From Bdellovibrionales bacterium (lineage in GTDB: Bacteria > Bdellovibrionota > Bdellovibrionia > Bdellovibrionales > UBA840), in NCBI GenBank assembly GCA_037969075.1, contig JBBKWS010000163.1, positions 1-25,612 on the forward strand: a DNA stretch of 25,612 nt. The letters are read 5' to 3'. Positions 17,064 to 25,612 of this stretch are shown here, piece after piece. Positions within the stretch are counted from its first letter, which is position 1. Every line of letters starts with the position of its first letter. The notes under the pieces were generated by a model. It was given only the letters and a program-made list of their open reading frames with translations. It did not search any database and was not told where the DNA came from. Position numbers and translations under genes: made by a program.

Positions 17064-18905
17064 ATGACTAATGCTAATGAAGTCTCAGTTTTATTTATAT
17101 GCAGTTCACCCAAAAAATATCGTTTGGTTGTTAAGCAATTAGCGCAAGATGGTTGGGCAGTAAGTGCTGTGGGGAACGTGAAGAAGGGTTTGCAGATTAT
17201 GATGCAAAAGAAGCCCACTCACGTATTTATATCAGCAAATACTCCAGGTATTGCGCTATTAAAAATCGCAAAAATTGTGACCAGTACGTTTAAGATCCCA
17301 GTAATTCTTTTTGCAGAAAGCCAAGACTATCAAACCTCTAAAATGATGCGTGAAACTAGGTGGCAGCATACGCTTTCATCTGGGTTAAGTGCCGTTGCGG
17401 TAAGAAATAAAATACGTTCATTGTCAGGTGCAGATACCAATTTAGCCACAGATGCTAGTAGTTCCATGAAACGTTTTAGTATGGGTAATAATTCTAAGGA
17501 GAATGACAACGGTATTATTCGTATTGAAGGAAATATAGGTAAGTCTATAAATATTAAGGAGGGTTCACCTACGAGCCGCAAGAGCTCTGATGGCGACTTG
17601 CATGAAGAAGCTAGTGATGCAGGTAGTTCTGCATTAAATAGTAAGGGTGCTCACAATACAGACAAGGAAGATCTTGATGGCGGATTTTATTATCAAGGTA
17701 AAAAGGTAAAGCAAGTAGTAGAAGAAAAATCTGATGACGACGATGATCTTTTAGATGGAGACATTTTATCTGAGGATATTATAGATGAACTTGATGTTTC
17801 TGGCGACTCAAATGGCGATAATGATGAAATCTCAAAACTATTGGGTGCGTTTGATGAATCTGGAGAAATGATAGCTGAGGCAGATGAGCTAAGTTTTGAT
17901 AAGGACAATAAATCTGCTGGAGCACAGAGGAAGACTAAGTTTCATGACATAGATTCTACTATTGATGATGATAATGAGTTGTCTATCGAATCCAATCAAC
18001 AAAATAAAAAAAATGCGGATGGACAAGCGGGCTTAAAATCTAAAAATAATAGTAATAAATCTAGTAATGAAGACGATGATGTAGTGGCAGGGGATCATGT
18101 TACAAATGTAGTGCCTTTTAATAAAAAATCTAAGAAAAAAATAAACAGCAGCAAAATTAAAGAATCTGAACTAAATGATGATATCGACTTTGCGAATGAT
18201 GTATTAGGAATAGATATTAATGCGGCTGAAGAAAGTAAATTATCTAAAAAAATTCTATCAGAAATAGAAGGGATTGTTGAGAAAAGCTTAAATCATGTTG
18301 TAAATAGTAATGAGCAAGTTCAAAGCAAAGTGGATAAAACTTCTGATTTTGTAGCATTTTTTGTAAACAGCAAAGAGTTTTCGGGATTGATATATATGGC
18401 TGTGGGTAAAAATAATGCTATTTCTAGTGGTATCATTGGAAGTTTTATGAAGACCTTATCAGAGAATTTTAAGGCAAGTTCGATTGAGGCCTATGTTCAC
18501 AGGCCAGTGAGTATAAGTGTTAAACCTGTAAATATTAGTGAGTGGATGGATGAAAAATGTGATTTTAAATTAGTTACATCACATTTAGAAAATGAAGTTG
18601 TTTTAGGATTTATTGCCGATAATCATGCTCATCCTCTTTTTGATGAATCTCCTCATGATGGAATGTTTCATGTGGATGTAAAACATTTTCCAGTGAATTA
18701 TACGATGAATATGGATTTATTTGTGTATTTGCCGCTAAATAAAAAGGCTATCAAGTATATAGGTAAGGGCGGTTATTTAGATAAAAAGCAAAAACATAGA
18801 TTGCTCAAGAATGAGATATCGGCTTTTCATATTTTAAACGAAGAAATTCTTACTGTTCGTGATTTTTTTGTAAAGTTATATACAAAAAGTAAATTAGCTA
18901 GCTAA
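17064..18905 (+). CDS. Hypothetical protein: degenerate receiver-like N-domain, long acidic low-complexity linker and C-terminal globular domain
   Basis: The N-terminus has a receiver-like alpha/beta pattern (KPTHVFIS, IPVILFAE) but Ser at the phospho-Asp position. About 250 aa of D/E/S/K/N-rich sequence follows. Start is ATG 17064 or TTG 17052. Confidence 0.75.
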   Translation: MTNANEVSVLFICSSPKKYRLVVKQLAQDGWAVSAVGNVKKGLQIMMQKKPTHVFISANTPGIALLKIAKIVTSTFKIPVILFAESQDYQTSKMMRETRWQHTLSSGLSAVAVRNKIRSLSGADTNLATDASSSMKRFSMGNNSKENDNGIIRIEGNIGKSINIKEGSPTSRKSSDGDLHEEASDAGSSALNSKGAHNTDKEDLDGGFYYQGKKVKQVVEEKSDDDDDLLDGDILSEDIIDELDVSGDSNGDNDEISKLLGAFDESGEMIAEADELSFDKDNKSAGAQRKTKFHDIDSTIDDDNELSIESNQQNKKNADGQAGLKSKNNSNKSSNEDDDVVAGDHVTNVVPFNKKSKKKINSSKIKESELNDDIDFANDVLGIDINAAEESKLSKKILSEIEGIVEKSLNHVVNSNEQVQSKVDKTSDFVAFFVNSKEFSGLIYMAVGKNNAISSGIIGSFMKTLSENFKASSIEAYVHRPVSISVKPVNISEWMDEKCDFKLVTSHLENEVVLGFIADNHAHPLFDESPHDGMFHVDVKHFPVNYTMNMDLFVYLPLNKKAIKYIGKGGYLDKKQKHRLLKNEISAFHILNEEILTVRDFFVKLYTKSKLAS

Positions 18906-19096
18906 TTACGAATATTAGAGTCATTTCTACTGCGTTACATAATCTTTCTTTTGCTGGAACCTGATGTGGATAAAAAGTCGTATCTACTAGAGTTTTGTTA
19001 GATATTGCAGCTCGTATTGTAAAATGTAAAAAAATTAGTTCTGATTAGGTAATTGGGTAAATAGTATTAGTTTTCACCTGTTACTTGGGGTAAATC

Positions 19097-19954
19097 ATGG
19101 CATGGATGCAGATTTTGATAGCGCTTAGTTTTTCACAAACAATTCATGGTCACAGAGGCGCTAGGGCACAGTATCCTGAAAATACTTTGCCGGCCTTCGA
19201 TTATGCCCTAGAAAATGGTGCTGACTTTATTGAGTTAGACACGCAGATGACTAAAGATGGTCATATAGTTGTACATCATGACCCCTCTATAAATAAAGAG
19301 CAGTGCTTATACGAAAATGGCGATGCAATACGAAAAGAAATACTTATTTACGAAACGAACCTTCAGGACTTGCAAACATACGATTGTGGCTCACTTGGTT
19401 CAAGAGATTTTCCTGAGCAACGGAAACTACCAGGCACAAAAATACCCACTCTTGCAGAGGTAATAGTTAATTTTAAATCTCATCTGCCTAACAATCCCAA
19501 TTTAAAGATTAATATTGAAATTAAGTATGAGGAAAATGGAAAGTATCCAGATCTACCAATGTATGTACTCGAGGTTATGAATGTTGTTAGAGACTATGAG
19601 GTCGAAGATTATGTGATTTATCAATCGTTCAGTAAAGATGCAGTTAAGCTGGTGAAGGATATGGATGAGTTGGCTACCACCTTCTTTTTATTTTCAAACC
19701 CATTTACAAACTACCAAGCTATTTTAAAAGAAACTAATGCTGATGGGGTATCAGTTCATTATGCAAGAGTGAATGCGAGTCTTGTTAAAAAAGTAAGGGG
19801 CTTAGGTAAAAAAATATTATCGTGGACTGTGAACGATGAAAAAAAATGGCGTAAATTAATAGACTTAAAAATTGATGGAATTATTACAGATGATCCTGAA
19901 GGTCTTTATAGATTCAAAAAAGAGGTGAGCCTAACCACCCCTAGATCTATTTAG
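19097..19954 (+). CDS. Glycerophosphodiester phosphodiesterase (GDPD, GlpQ/UgpQ family)
   Basis: Motifs GHRGA, PENTLPAF, IELDTQMTKDGHIVVHHD, NIEIK, WTVND and DGIITDDP. Confidence 0.93.
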   Translation: MAWMQILIALSFSQTIHGHRGARAQYPENTLPAFDYALENGADFIELDTQMTKDGHIVVHHDPSINKEQCLYENGDAIRKEILIYETNLQDLQTYDCGSLGSRDFPEQRKLPGTKIPTLAEVIVNFKSHLPNNPNLKINIEIKYEENGKYPDLPMYVLEVMNVVRDYEVEDYVIYQSFSKDAVKLVKDMDELATTFFLFSNPFTNYQAILKETNADGVSVHYARVNASLVKKVRGLGKKILSWTVNDEKKWRKLIDLKIDGIITDDPEGLYRFKKEVSLTTPRSI

Positions 19955-19957
19955 CGA
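19897..19957 (+). repeat. Degenerate direct repeat copy A (GDPD 3' end plus decayed hairpin)
   Basis: About 50/62 aligned columns are identical to 20530-20588 (hand alignment), including an exact 16-mer CAAAAAAGAGGTGAGC at 19915-19930. Confidence 0.8.
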
Positions 19958-20116
19958 TACTCCTTAACTCATCGCATTGTTTTGATCGTCAGAGCCCATT
20001 AATTAAGATTTACTCTGCCTTATCAAGAAAATTCTTGATCCTTTTAGCCATAAATTGGAACGTGCAGATGCTTAGTTATTATTTACAGGAGTGACGGCTC
20101 CTGGGGCGGGGGATCC

Positions 20117-20527
20117 ATGAAAAGTTTGATATTGATGAGTATGCTTTTAAGTTCAATAAGTTTTGCAGAAGGCAAAACTCCGTGCCAGCGATATCGCGAT
20201 CAAGGCAATCCGTTTACATTAGAAGAGTGGAAGCAAAATGAAAGCGAGTGCACCAACTGGATGCAAGAACGTGGAGTGAGTTGTGTTTTTAATTCAAGAC
20301 GAGCGGAAAGTTTTAAACGTCTTTGTAAGCATGTTTGTGCGACAGAAAATTTTTGCGCACCTGTGACTCCGTACAAAATTGAAGGGCCTTGCACAAAGTA
20401 TTTTAAGATCGACGGTGTAGTATGCGTCGATGAAACTGGACGAGATCGAGATCTTTGGAAGCGGGAATGTACTGATCAGCGTTTGAGCGATTTAGCTTGC
20501 ATGGATAAGAACCCCAATCACTTATAA
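20117..20527 (+). CDS. Small secreted cysteine-rich protein with two internal repeats
   Basis: GGGGGA RBS, signal peptide MKSLILMSMLLSSISFA, 10 Cys, and a CTxxxxxxGVxC...KRxC pattern that occurs twice. Confidence 0.8.
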   Translation: MKSLILMSMLLSSISFAEGKTPCQRYRDQGNPFTLEEWKQNESECTNWMQERGVSCVFNSRRAESFKRLCKHVCATENFCAPVTPYKIEGPCTKYFKIDGVVCVDETGRDRDLWKRECTDQRLSDLACMDKNPNHL

Positions 20528-20529
20528 TT

Positions 20530-20588
20530 TGAAGGTTTTATAGACAAAAAAGAGGTGAGCAAGGCTCACCTCTAGGTCAATTTAACGA
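20530..20588 (+). repeat. Degenerate direct repeat copy B (alternative GDPD tail plus intact terminator)
   Basis: TGAAGGT-TTTATAGA-CAAAAAAGAGGTGAGC...CACC.CTAG.TC.ATTTA.CGA is shared with 19897-19957. Confidence 0.8.
20546..20573 (-). terminator. Intrinsic terminator for the 878-aa gene
   Basis: Perfect 10-bp stem AGAGGTGAGC-AAG-GCTCACCTCT with an A-tract on its left (a U-tract on the minus strand). Confidence 0.85.
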
Positions 20589-23218
20589 ATCGTAAACTTA
20601 GACTCTAAGGTTTCAGTCACAAAATTTCCATTATCATCTACTACTTGAATAGACACAACGTAGTCTTTACCTTTATTAAGTTTTATTTCACTACCATTTG
20701 GTATTTCTAAAATATATGAAAATGTTTTGCTTGTGCTAATCCCTCTAGATTCATCAGCAATTGAATTCAATCTGGCAGGAACTAAAGATGCTATCGTTTT
20801 GTCGGCTGTGGCTAGGCGGTACTCCCTAATGGTTCCTACAACCTGATAATTCGCGCCAAAATCTACGTTTGAATTAACCTTAACAAATACACTTGGGTAC
20901 GGAGCTCCGACATCTGACGCTCGTATATAAGCCCCTTTATCTTGCAGGCGTCTTTCGCCGTCATTGATTTGTGTAAAATTAAAATCATCAGCTAAGAGAA
21001 CGCGCTGTAGAATATTGGTCTTGTCATAATTAAGACGCTGAGGAAACTCTAATCCAGATCCATCAACAACCAACTCTATACCCAGCTCGCCGTTAACTAA
21101 AAAATCATCGATAGATTTATAGCTAGCGACACCATCACTTATAGACTCTATAGTCGCTAACTGTAATATTAAAAGAGGTACGTATGCTCTAAAGTACCTT
21201 TGTTTAAAAAACTTATTCAATATAGTTAATCTTTCAGCTGGATCTTCTGTTTGAGCAATTTTCACAAAGTTTGAATGTATATTTTTAGCAAAGTGACTAA
21301 GTTTAAAACAAGAAACTTTCTCGCTCAGGCCGAATACCAGTTCGTCATTGTTAACGACTAGGTCTTTACACTCATTAGGAAACCTCATATTAGTAGGCCT
21401 TGGATTAACTATGTCTGACCACTCTGTGTACTTATCGCCCAAAAGAAGCTTACCAATTAAAAATTTGATGTTTTCAGAGTTCTCTGGGTTATTAAAAATC
21501 GCATTGGTGATAGTGGTAGATATTGATAAGCGTAATGCATAATACTGCGAATCATCACGATCCTTTTTACTACTAGCTCTCTCATCCAACAGCTTTACAA
21601 TATTTTTCATCGCTATGCTATTTTTCATTAGATCGTTACTTGCCATTGCCATTTTAATAAAGCCAATGTACCCAGCGTTTTCATACTGACTTGTATATTG
21701 GTCGCTAAATAAATACTCAAAGGCCAACTCTGCTTTTGGAGCAGTGGCATTATCTACGCGAACATAGGATTTTAGCATTCTGGTGGCATTTTCATTCTCT
21801 TTCATGCCTTTAAAACCAATGCGCACTTTAGTTTTAGTTATTTTACCAGTTTGCCCAGTGTACTCTGTGGCTTCGTCGCCATTAGTTGGAGCGCTAACAG
21901 TTTTCTCTAGTTTTCTAAAAGTTCTTGAGTTGTAGCCAGCAAATAGAAACTCAGCACGAAATCTATTGTCTATGTTTGTAAGAGGCGTGGATTTATCTTT
22001 TGTGAAGATTAAAAAATCTGCATTTTGTATAGAACTGATATCATTAATAGCACCGGGTAGTTTAGTAAGATCTTTTGAGAACCAACGTTTTGCAAAAATA
22101 CCGTTGAATGCATTTTCATCCTTCTTTTTAGAGAGATCAAACTTATAGCCAAACTCCTTCATTTCGTAATTGTAGGCATTTGTATCCCATCTTACAGGTT
22201 CAAAACCGGTATTCATCAACTCTATACTGGCGCTGAACTCACGACCTTTTCTTACTTCTAGAATTGATTTTGCAACTACTTCAGTGGGGCTTATTTTTTT
22301 AAATGCTGAGTGAATAATAATGGTATAGGCCTTAGCAAAAAACTCTAACTGAGCCACATCTTTTTTTAGTTTTATTCCCGCAGGTAATATTCTAACGGAT
22401 ACGCTATGGGTTAGTATTTCTCCTACCTGCACTGATTTTGAGTCGCGAATTTTTGCAGCAGTTAATCTAAAAAATTCTGCATCTAACCTTAAAGGATCTA
22501 AGACATTCTCTAGGAAGATTTTTGTTTTCTCTTCATCTGCAAAATAATCACTACCTTTTCTAAATATAGATTCGGCAGCATCAATCACTTTGTTAAATGA
22601 GCGTAAAATATTACCTGATTTTTTAGTAAATAAAGAGCTGGTATCCTTTTGATTAGGAGTGTTAACGCCAATTTCTGCTAGGCTCTCTTCAGTTTTACGA
22701 CGAGCGCGGTAAGAAGCTAAGCTGTCTACTTCATAAATTCTTTTTACGGCTATTCCTGCGTAAACATTAAGGGGTTGGATTCGCAGAACTGGGCTTACAG
22801 CTATTTCTGATTCAAATCGCAGTTCATGCATTACTTCGTCAACAACGGTATATACTGACTTTAGCGGCGTAAGTGGTTGGCCATTACGATCAATGTCTCC
22901 AAGGTTAGTAGCGTACACTCTACGATCAAAATTTATTTTTGCTTTTAAACCTACGCTTGCTGGGTTTCCATCAATTTCAAATTTGTGCTTAACCAGGCTG
23001 GCGCTTAGACTTAAGTCGCCGAATGCTCCTAAGATCTCATCAACCAGATTTCTTTGCTCTTTAAAACCTAGGTCGCTAAGTTGGTTAGTGCCTCTGTCGA
23101 TAGAAATGAATGTAGGGCTGTCTAAGTCTTGTTGCGTGATTGTTTGATTACTTATGACGTTAACATCAGCTAACAAATAAAGGGGGAGTAGTAGTATCGT
23201 AATAACTATGCGTAACAT
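20582..23218 (-). CDS. Large secreted hypothetical protein (878 aa)
   Basis: AGGAG RBS, signal peptide MLRIVITILLLPLYLLA, long intact ORF, no family motif recognised. Confidence 0.85.
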   Translation of the reverse strand: MLRIVITILLLPLYLLADVNVISNQTITQQDLDSPTFISIDRGTNQLSDLGFKEQRNLVDEILGAFGDLSLSASLVKHKFEIDGNPASVGLKAKINFDRRVYATNLGDIDRNGQPLTPLKSVYTVVDEVMHELRFESEIAVSPVLRIQPLNVYAGIAVKRIYEVDSLASYRARRKTEESLAEIGVNTPNQKDTSSLFTKKSGNILRSFNKVIDAAESIFRKGSDYFADEEKTKIFLENVLDPLRLDAEFFRLTAAKIRDSKSVQVGEILTHSVSVRILPAGIKLKKDVAQLEFFAKAYTIIIHSAFKKISPTEVVAKSILEVRKGREFSASIELMNTGFEPVRWDTNAYNYEMKEFGYKFDLSKKKDENAFNGIFAKRWFSKDLTKLPGAINDISSIQNADFLIFTKDKSTPLTNIDNRFRAEFLFAGYNSRTFRKLEKTVSAPTNGDEATEYTGQTGKITKTKVRIGFKGMKENENATRMLKSYVRVDNATAPKAELAFEYLFSDQYTSQYENAGYIGFIKMAMASNDLMKNSIAMKNIVKLLDERASSKKDRDDSQYYALRLSISTTITNAIFNNPENSENIKFLIGKLLLGDKYTEWSDIVNPRPTNMRFPNECKDLVVNNDELVFGLSEKVSCFKLSHFAKNIHSNFVKIAQTEDPAERLTILNKFFKQRYFRAYVPLLILQLATIESISDGVASYKSIDDFLVNGELGIELVVDGSGLEFPQRLNYDKTNILQRVLLADDFNFTQINDGERRLQDKGAYIRASDVGAPYPSVFVKVNSNVDFGANYQVVGTIREYRLATADKTIASLVPARLNSIADESRGISTSKTFSYILEIPNGSEIKLNKGKDYVVSIQVVDDNGNFVTETLESKFTIR

Positions 23219-23379
23219 GTCTTTGATTCTCCTGTGGGGAATTAAAAATAATTAAACAGCGTGCCCAATTAAGTTGCACGTAATTTATAGTTAAACCCGG
23301 TAAACGCAAGTAATTTTTCGAGATTCACTTGATCCTGACAATGAATGGGATTGTAATGAAATAAATATAGGAGCCGAGA

Positions 23380-24675
23380 ATGATTTATACACTTTTGTTA
23401 GTATCCAGCATGATTTTTGCCAAAGATTTTCCTGTCGAACTTAGGGAGCAAGTAAGTATTAATCGCTACGTGCTCGATAATGGCTTAGAGGTGTATGTAA
23501 CCAAAAATCCTAAGGCACCTGTAGTTTCAATTTATCATTGGGTAAAAGCAGGCAGTTTAAATGAAAAGAAAGGGATTACCGGTATCTCTCATCTGTTTGA
23601 GCACATGATGTTTAGACCTGTACATAAAGGTGAGGCAGGCTTTTTTGATAAAATCACCTCACTTGGTGGAAGCGCAAATGCCAATACTAGGTATATGTCT
23701 ACGGTGTACACCACAACTGTTCCTGCGGATAAATTAGATCCACTATTAAAGATCGAGGCTGATCGCTTTATAAACTTAAAAGTGACGGATGAACTTTTAA
23801 ATATAGAGAGAAAAGCAGTTTGGTCAGAATACTCTACAAAATTTGATACAAATCCAGTTATTGATATATGGGGCAAAGTGTATCAGGCTGCATTTCCAGG
23901 GCACCCCTATGAATGGACTATCATTGGCTATAGGCAAGATTTAGAGAAAATCAACGCAAAGGATTGTAATAACTACTTCGATAAATATTACCGACCCAAC
24001 AATACGGGGCTCTTTATCAGCGGTGATGTCGATCCAGAAAATGTAATGAAAATTGTTAAAAAGTATTATGCGGATTGGAAGAAAGGAGAGAATAGCTCTC
24101 TTCCGTCTGAATATGCTAAGTCTACAAAATTTGTAAGTGTAAAAGGACGCATACCATCACCATCAAAACAGGTCCTACTAGGATTTAGAACAATTAATGA
24201 ATCTAAGAATCCGGTAGAGTACATGTTTTTAAATCATCTATTATTTGGTTCGGGTAATTCAGTGGCTGAAAGGCGCATTAAGCAAAGTGCAAAGTTAGTA
24301 AGTGCTGTGTCTGATTTTAATTATGACTATGACAGCGGTCTTATTAAAGCCTTTTTTGTACTGTTGCCAAAAACTTCTGTTACCACATTGACCACTGAAG
24401 TCTTGAAATTAAAGGGTGATATTGAAAAAATGGACGAGCAAAATTTTAATGCCTACAAGCAAGAATTTATCACTTCACTTTTAGAGGGCACTCTAAGAAA
24501 TGAATCATTAAATGAATCATTGGCTTTGAGCTGGGGAAAATATAATGATTTAAATATCTTTTTAAATTGGGAGAAAAAGATCAGAGCAATTACAAAGGAC
24601 TCTGTGATTGAGATTTTAAATAAATTTTATACAAAAAATAATATGGTCGTAGTGTCTACTAAAGGTAAGGAGTAG
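23380..24675 (+). CDS. M16B zinc metallopeptidase, catalytic subunit
   Basis: AGGAG RBS, signal peptide, inverted zincin HLFEH (HxxEH), ANANT, ERKAVWSE and HPY...IIG. Confidence 0.93.
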   Translation: MIYTLLLVSSMIFAKDFPVELREQVSINRYVLDNGLEVYVTKNPKAPVVSIYHWVKAGSLNEKKGITGISHLFEHMMFRPVHKGEAGFFDKITSLGGSANANTRYMSTVYTTTVPADKLDPLLKIEADRFINLKVTDELLNIERKAVWSEYSTKFDTNPVIDIWGKVYQAAFPGHPYEWTIIGYRQDLEKINAKDCNNYFDKYYRPNNTGLFISGDVDPENVMKIVKKYYADWKKGENSSLPSEYAKSTKFVSVKGRIPSPSKQVLLGFRTINESKNPVEYMFLNHLLFGSGNSVAERRIKQSAKLVSAVSDFNYDYDSGLIKAFFVLLPKTSVTTLTTEVLKLKGDIEKMDEQNFNAYKQEFITSLLEGTLRNESLNESLALSWGKYNDLNIFLNWEKKIRAITKDSVIEILNKFYTKNNMVVVSTKGKE

Positions 24676-24677
24676 TT

Positions 24678-25612
24678 ATGATGTATAGATTGTTGGTTTT
24701 ATCGCTGCTACTGATTTCTTGTACAACTATGAATACGAGTTCGCTTACAAATGGGACGTCTTTATCTATACATACTGATGAAGGATTGCCTAGGCAAATT
24801 GTTACACTTCAAGTCTCTGGCTTAGTAAATCAGCTGGGTAGAGAGGATCAGGCGTTTTTTCCGGTCATTGCGAAGATTTTTGATCAAGGACCTACGGGGA
24901 TGTCCGAGGCAGAGTACAAACAAAAACTATTTCTTTTAAACGCTAATATCTCATTTTCTCCAGCATATAGAACTTTTGATGTAAGTATTGTCAGCCCTCC
25001 TCAACATTTAGAGGAAACCTTAGACTTGGCATTTAGAGTGCTTAAGTCTCCAAAATTAGAGGCAAAAGATATTAAAGAGGCGTTGGTGAACACTAAGGCT
25101 AATTTAGAATCAGCATTTACTTCGATGCGAACAGGGTTGATGTATCATGCGTTTAAAGACTATTTTAAAAATGATTCTTTAGCATTGAATGGCACAACTA
25201 GCCCTAAAGATGTTAGTAAGATGAATAAAACTAATGTGGTTACTTTATATAAAAAACTTTTTACTCTTGAGCACTTACGAGCTTATAGTGTTGGGCCGGT
25301 AGATAAAGCAGATGTTACCACAGCCTTAAATAACATGATTACTAAGTATCAGGCGCCAGCATTTACACCTTATACTTTCAATAAAGAAATCCCTGCGCCA
25401 AATTCAAAAGTGCAAGTGATTCACAGGCCCAATGTAACAGACCATCAGGTGCTATTTTTGTTTCATCATCAATTTGATATTGATGGTCGAGAAGGGGTAG
25501 TGGCGCAGACAATGTTTGATTATTTTGGTGGAGGTTTAACAGGTAAGCTTGGCTCTATTTTAAGAGAAGAGCGAGGCTTAACATATCATGCTAGTTCAAA
25601 CTATGGTCGCTA
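24678..25612 (+). CDS. M16B peptidase non-catalytic partner subunit, probable lipoprotein (cut by the window edge at 3'; absent from the ORF track)
   Basis: AAGGAG RBS and MMYRLLVLSLLLISC lipobox-like signal. No HxxEH motif. FGGGLTGKLGSILREERGLTY contains the substrate-binding R/Y pair. Confidence 0.85.
   Translation, partial: MMYRLLVLSLLLISCTTMNTSSLTNGTSLSIHTDEGLPRQIVTLQVSGLVNQLGREDQAFFPVIAKIFDQGPTGMSEAEYKQKLFLLNANISFSPAYRTFDVSIVSPPQHLEETLDLAFRVLKSPKLEAKDIKEALVNTKANLESAFTSMRTGLMYHAFKDYFKNDSLALNGTTSPKDVSKMNKTNVVTLYKKLFTLEHLRAYSVGPVDKADVTTALNNMITKYQAPAFTPYTFNKEIPAPNSKVQVIHRPNVTDHQVLFLFHHQFDIDGREGVVAQTMFDYFGGGLTGKLGSILREERGLTYHASSNYGR

Noticed and set aside
18965..18973. Perfect DnaA box (TGTGGATAA) in an intergenic region
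   Set aside because: It is a single box with no cluster or origin-associated genes, which is compatible with chance.
20056..20071. Sigma54-like TGGAAC...TGC upstream of the Cys-rich gene
   Set aside because: The GG-to-GC spacing is 11 nt rather than the required 10.
252..23876. Short antisense or alternative-frame ORFs in the track (e.g. 252-593, 1971-2345, 3616-3813, 3820-4014, 4827-5069, 6348-6548, 9501-9707, 11572-11832, 17330-17908, 21348-23147, 23589-23876)
   Set aside because: They are shadows of well-supported genes, with no motifs and a composition explained by the opposite strand.

Overview
AT-rich bacterial chromosomal window; the gene repertoire suggests a Bdellovibrionota-like organism (inference). 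Most of it is housekeeping: amidase-rph-rdgB, tsaE, an RlmL-like methylase, infA, tex, a HAD phosphatase, topA, prc, a GDPD and an M16B peptidase pair. An accessory region lies at 1-2.7 kb and single accessory genes sit near 20 kb. The main discovery is single secreted-protein genes flanked by direct repeats that duplicate the 3' end of the upstream host gene, with no integrase or transposase in the window. Case 1: a PvdP-like type-3 copper (tyrosinase) gene lies between two 89-bp copies of the 3' end of a 56-aa gene missing from the ORF track; the copies share a perfect 52-bp core, and all 6 differences are synonymous third-position changes. Case 2: a Cys-rich secreted gene lies between two ~60-bp degenerate copies of the GDPD 3' end plus terminator. 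A possible third case is an AAC(6')-like GNAT pseudogene fused to a start-less gene tail. Other points of interest are a secreted protein built from six 19-aa di-cysteine repeats and a HAD-like protein ending in a canonical beta-clamp motif (QLSLF). I saw no rRNA, tRNA or CRISPR array.
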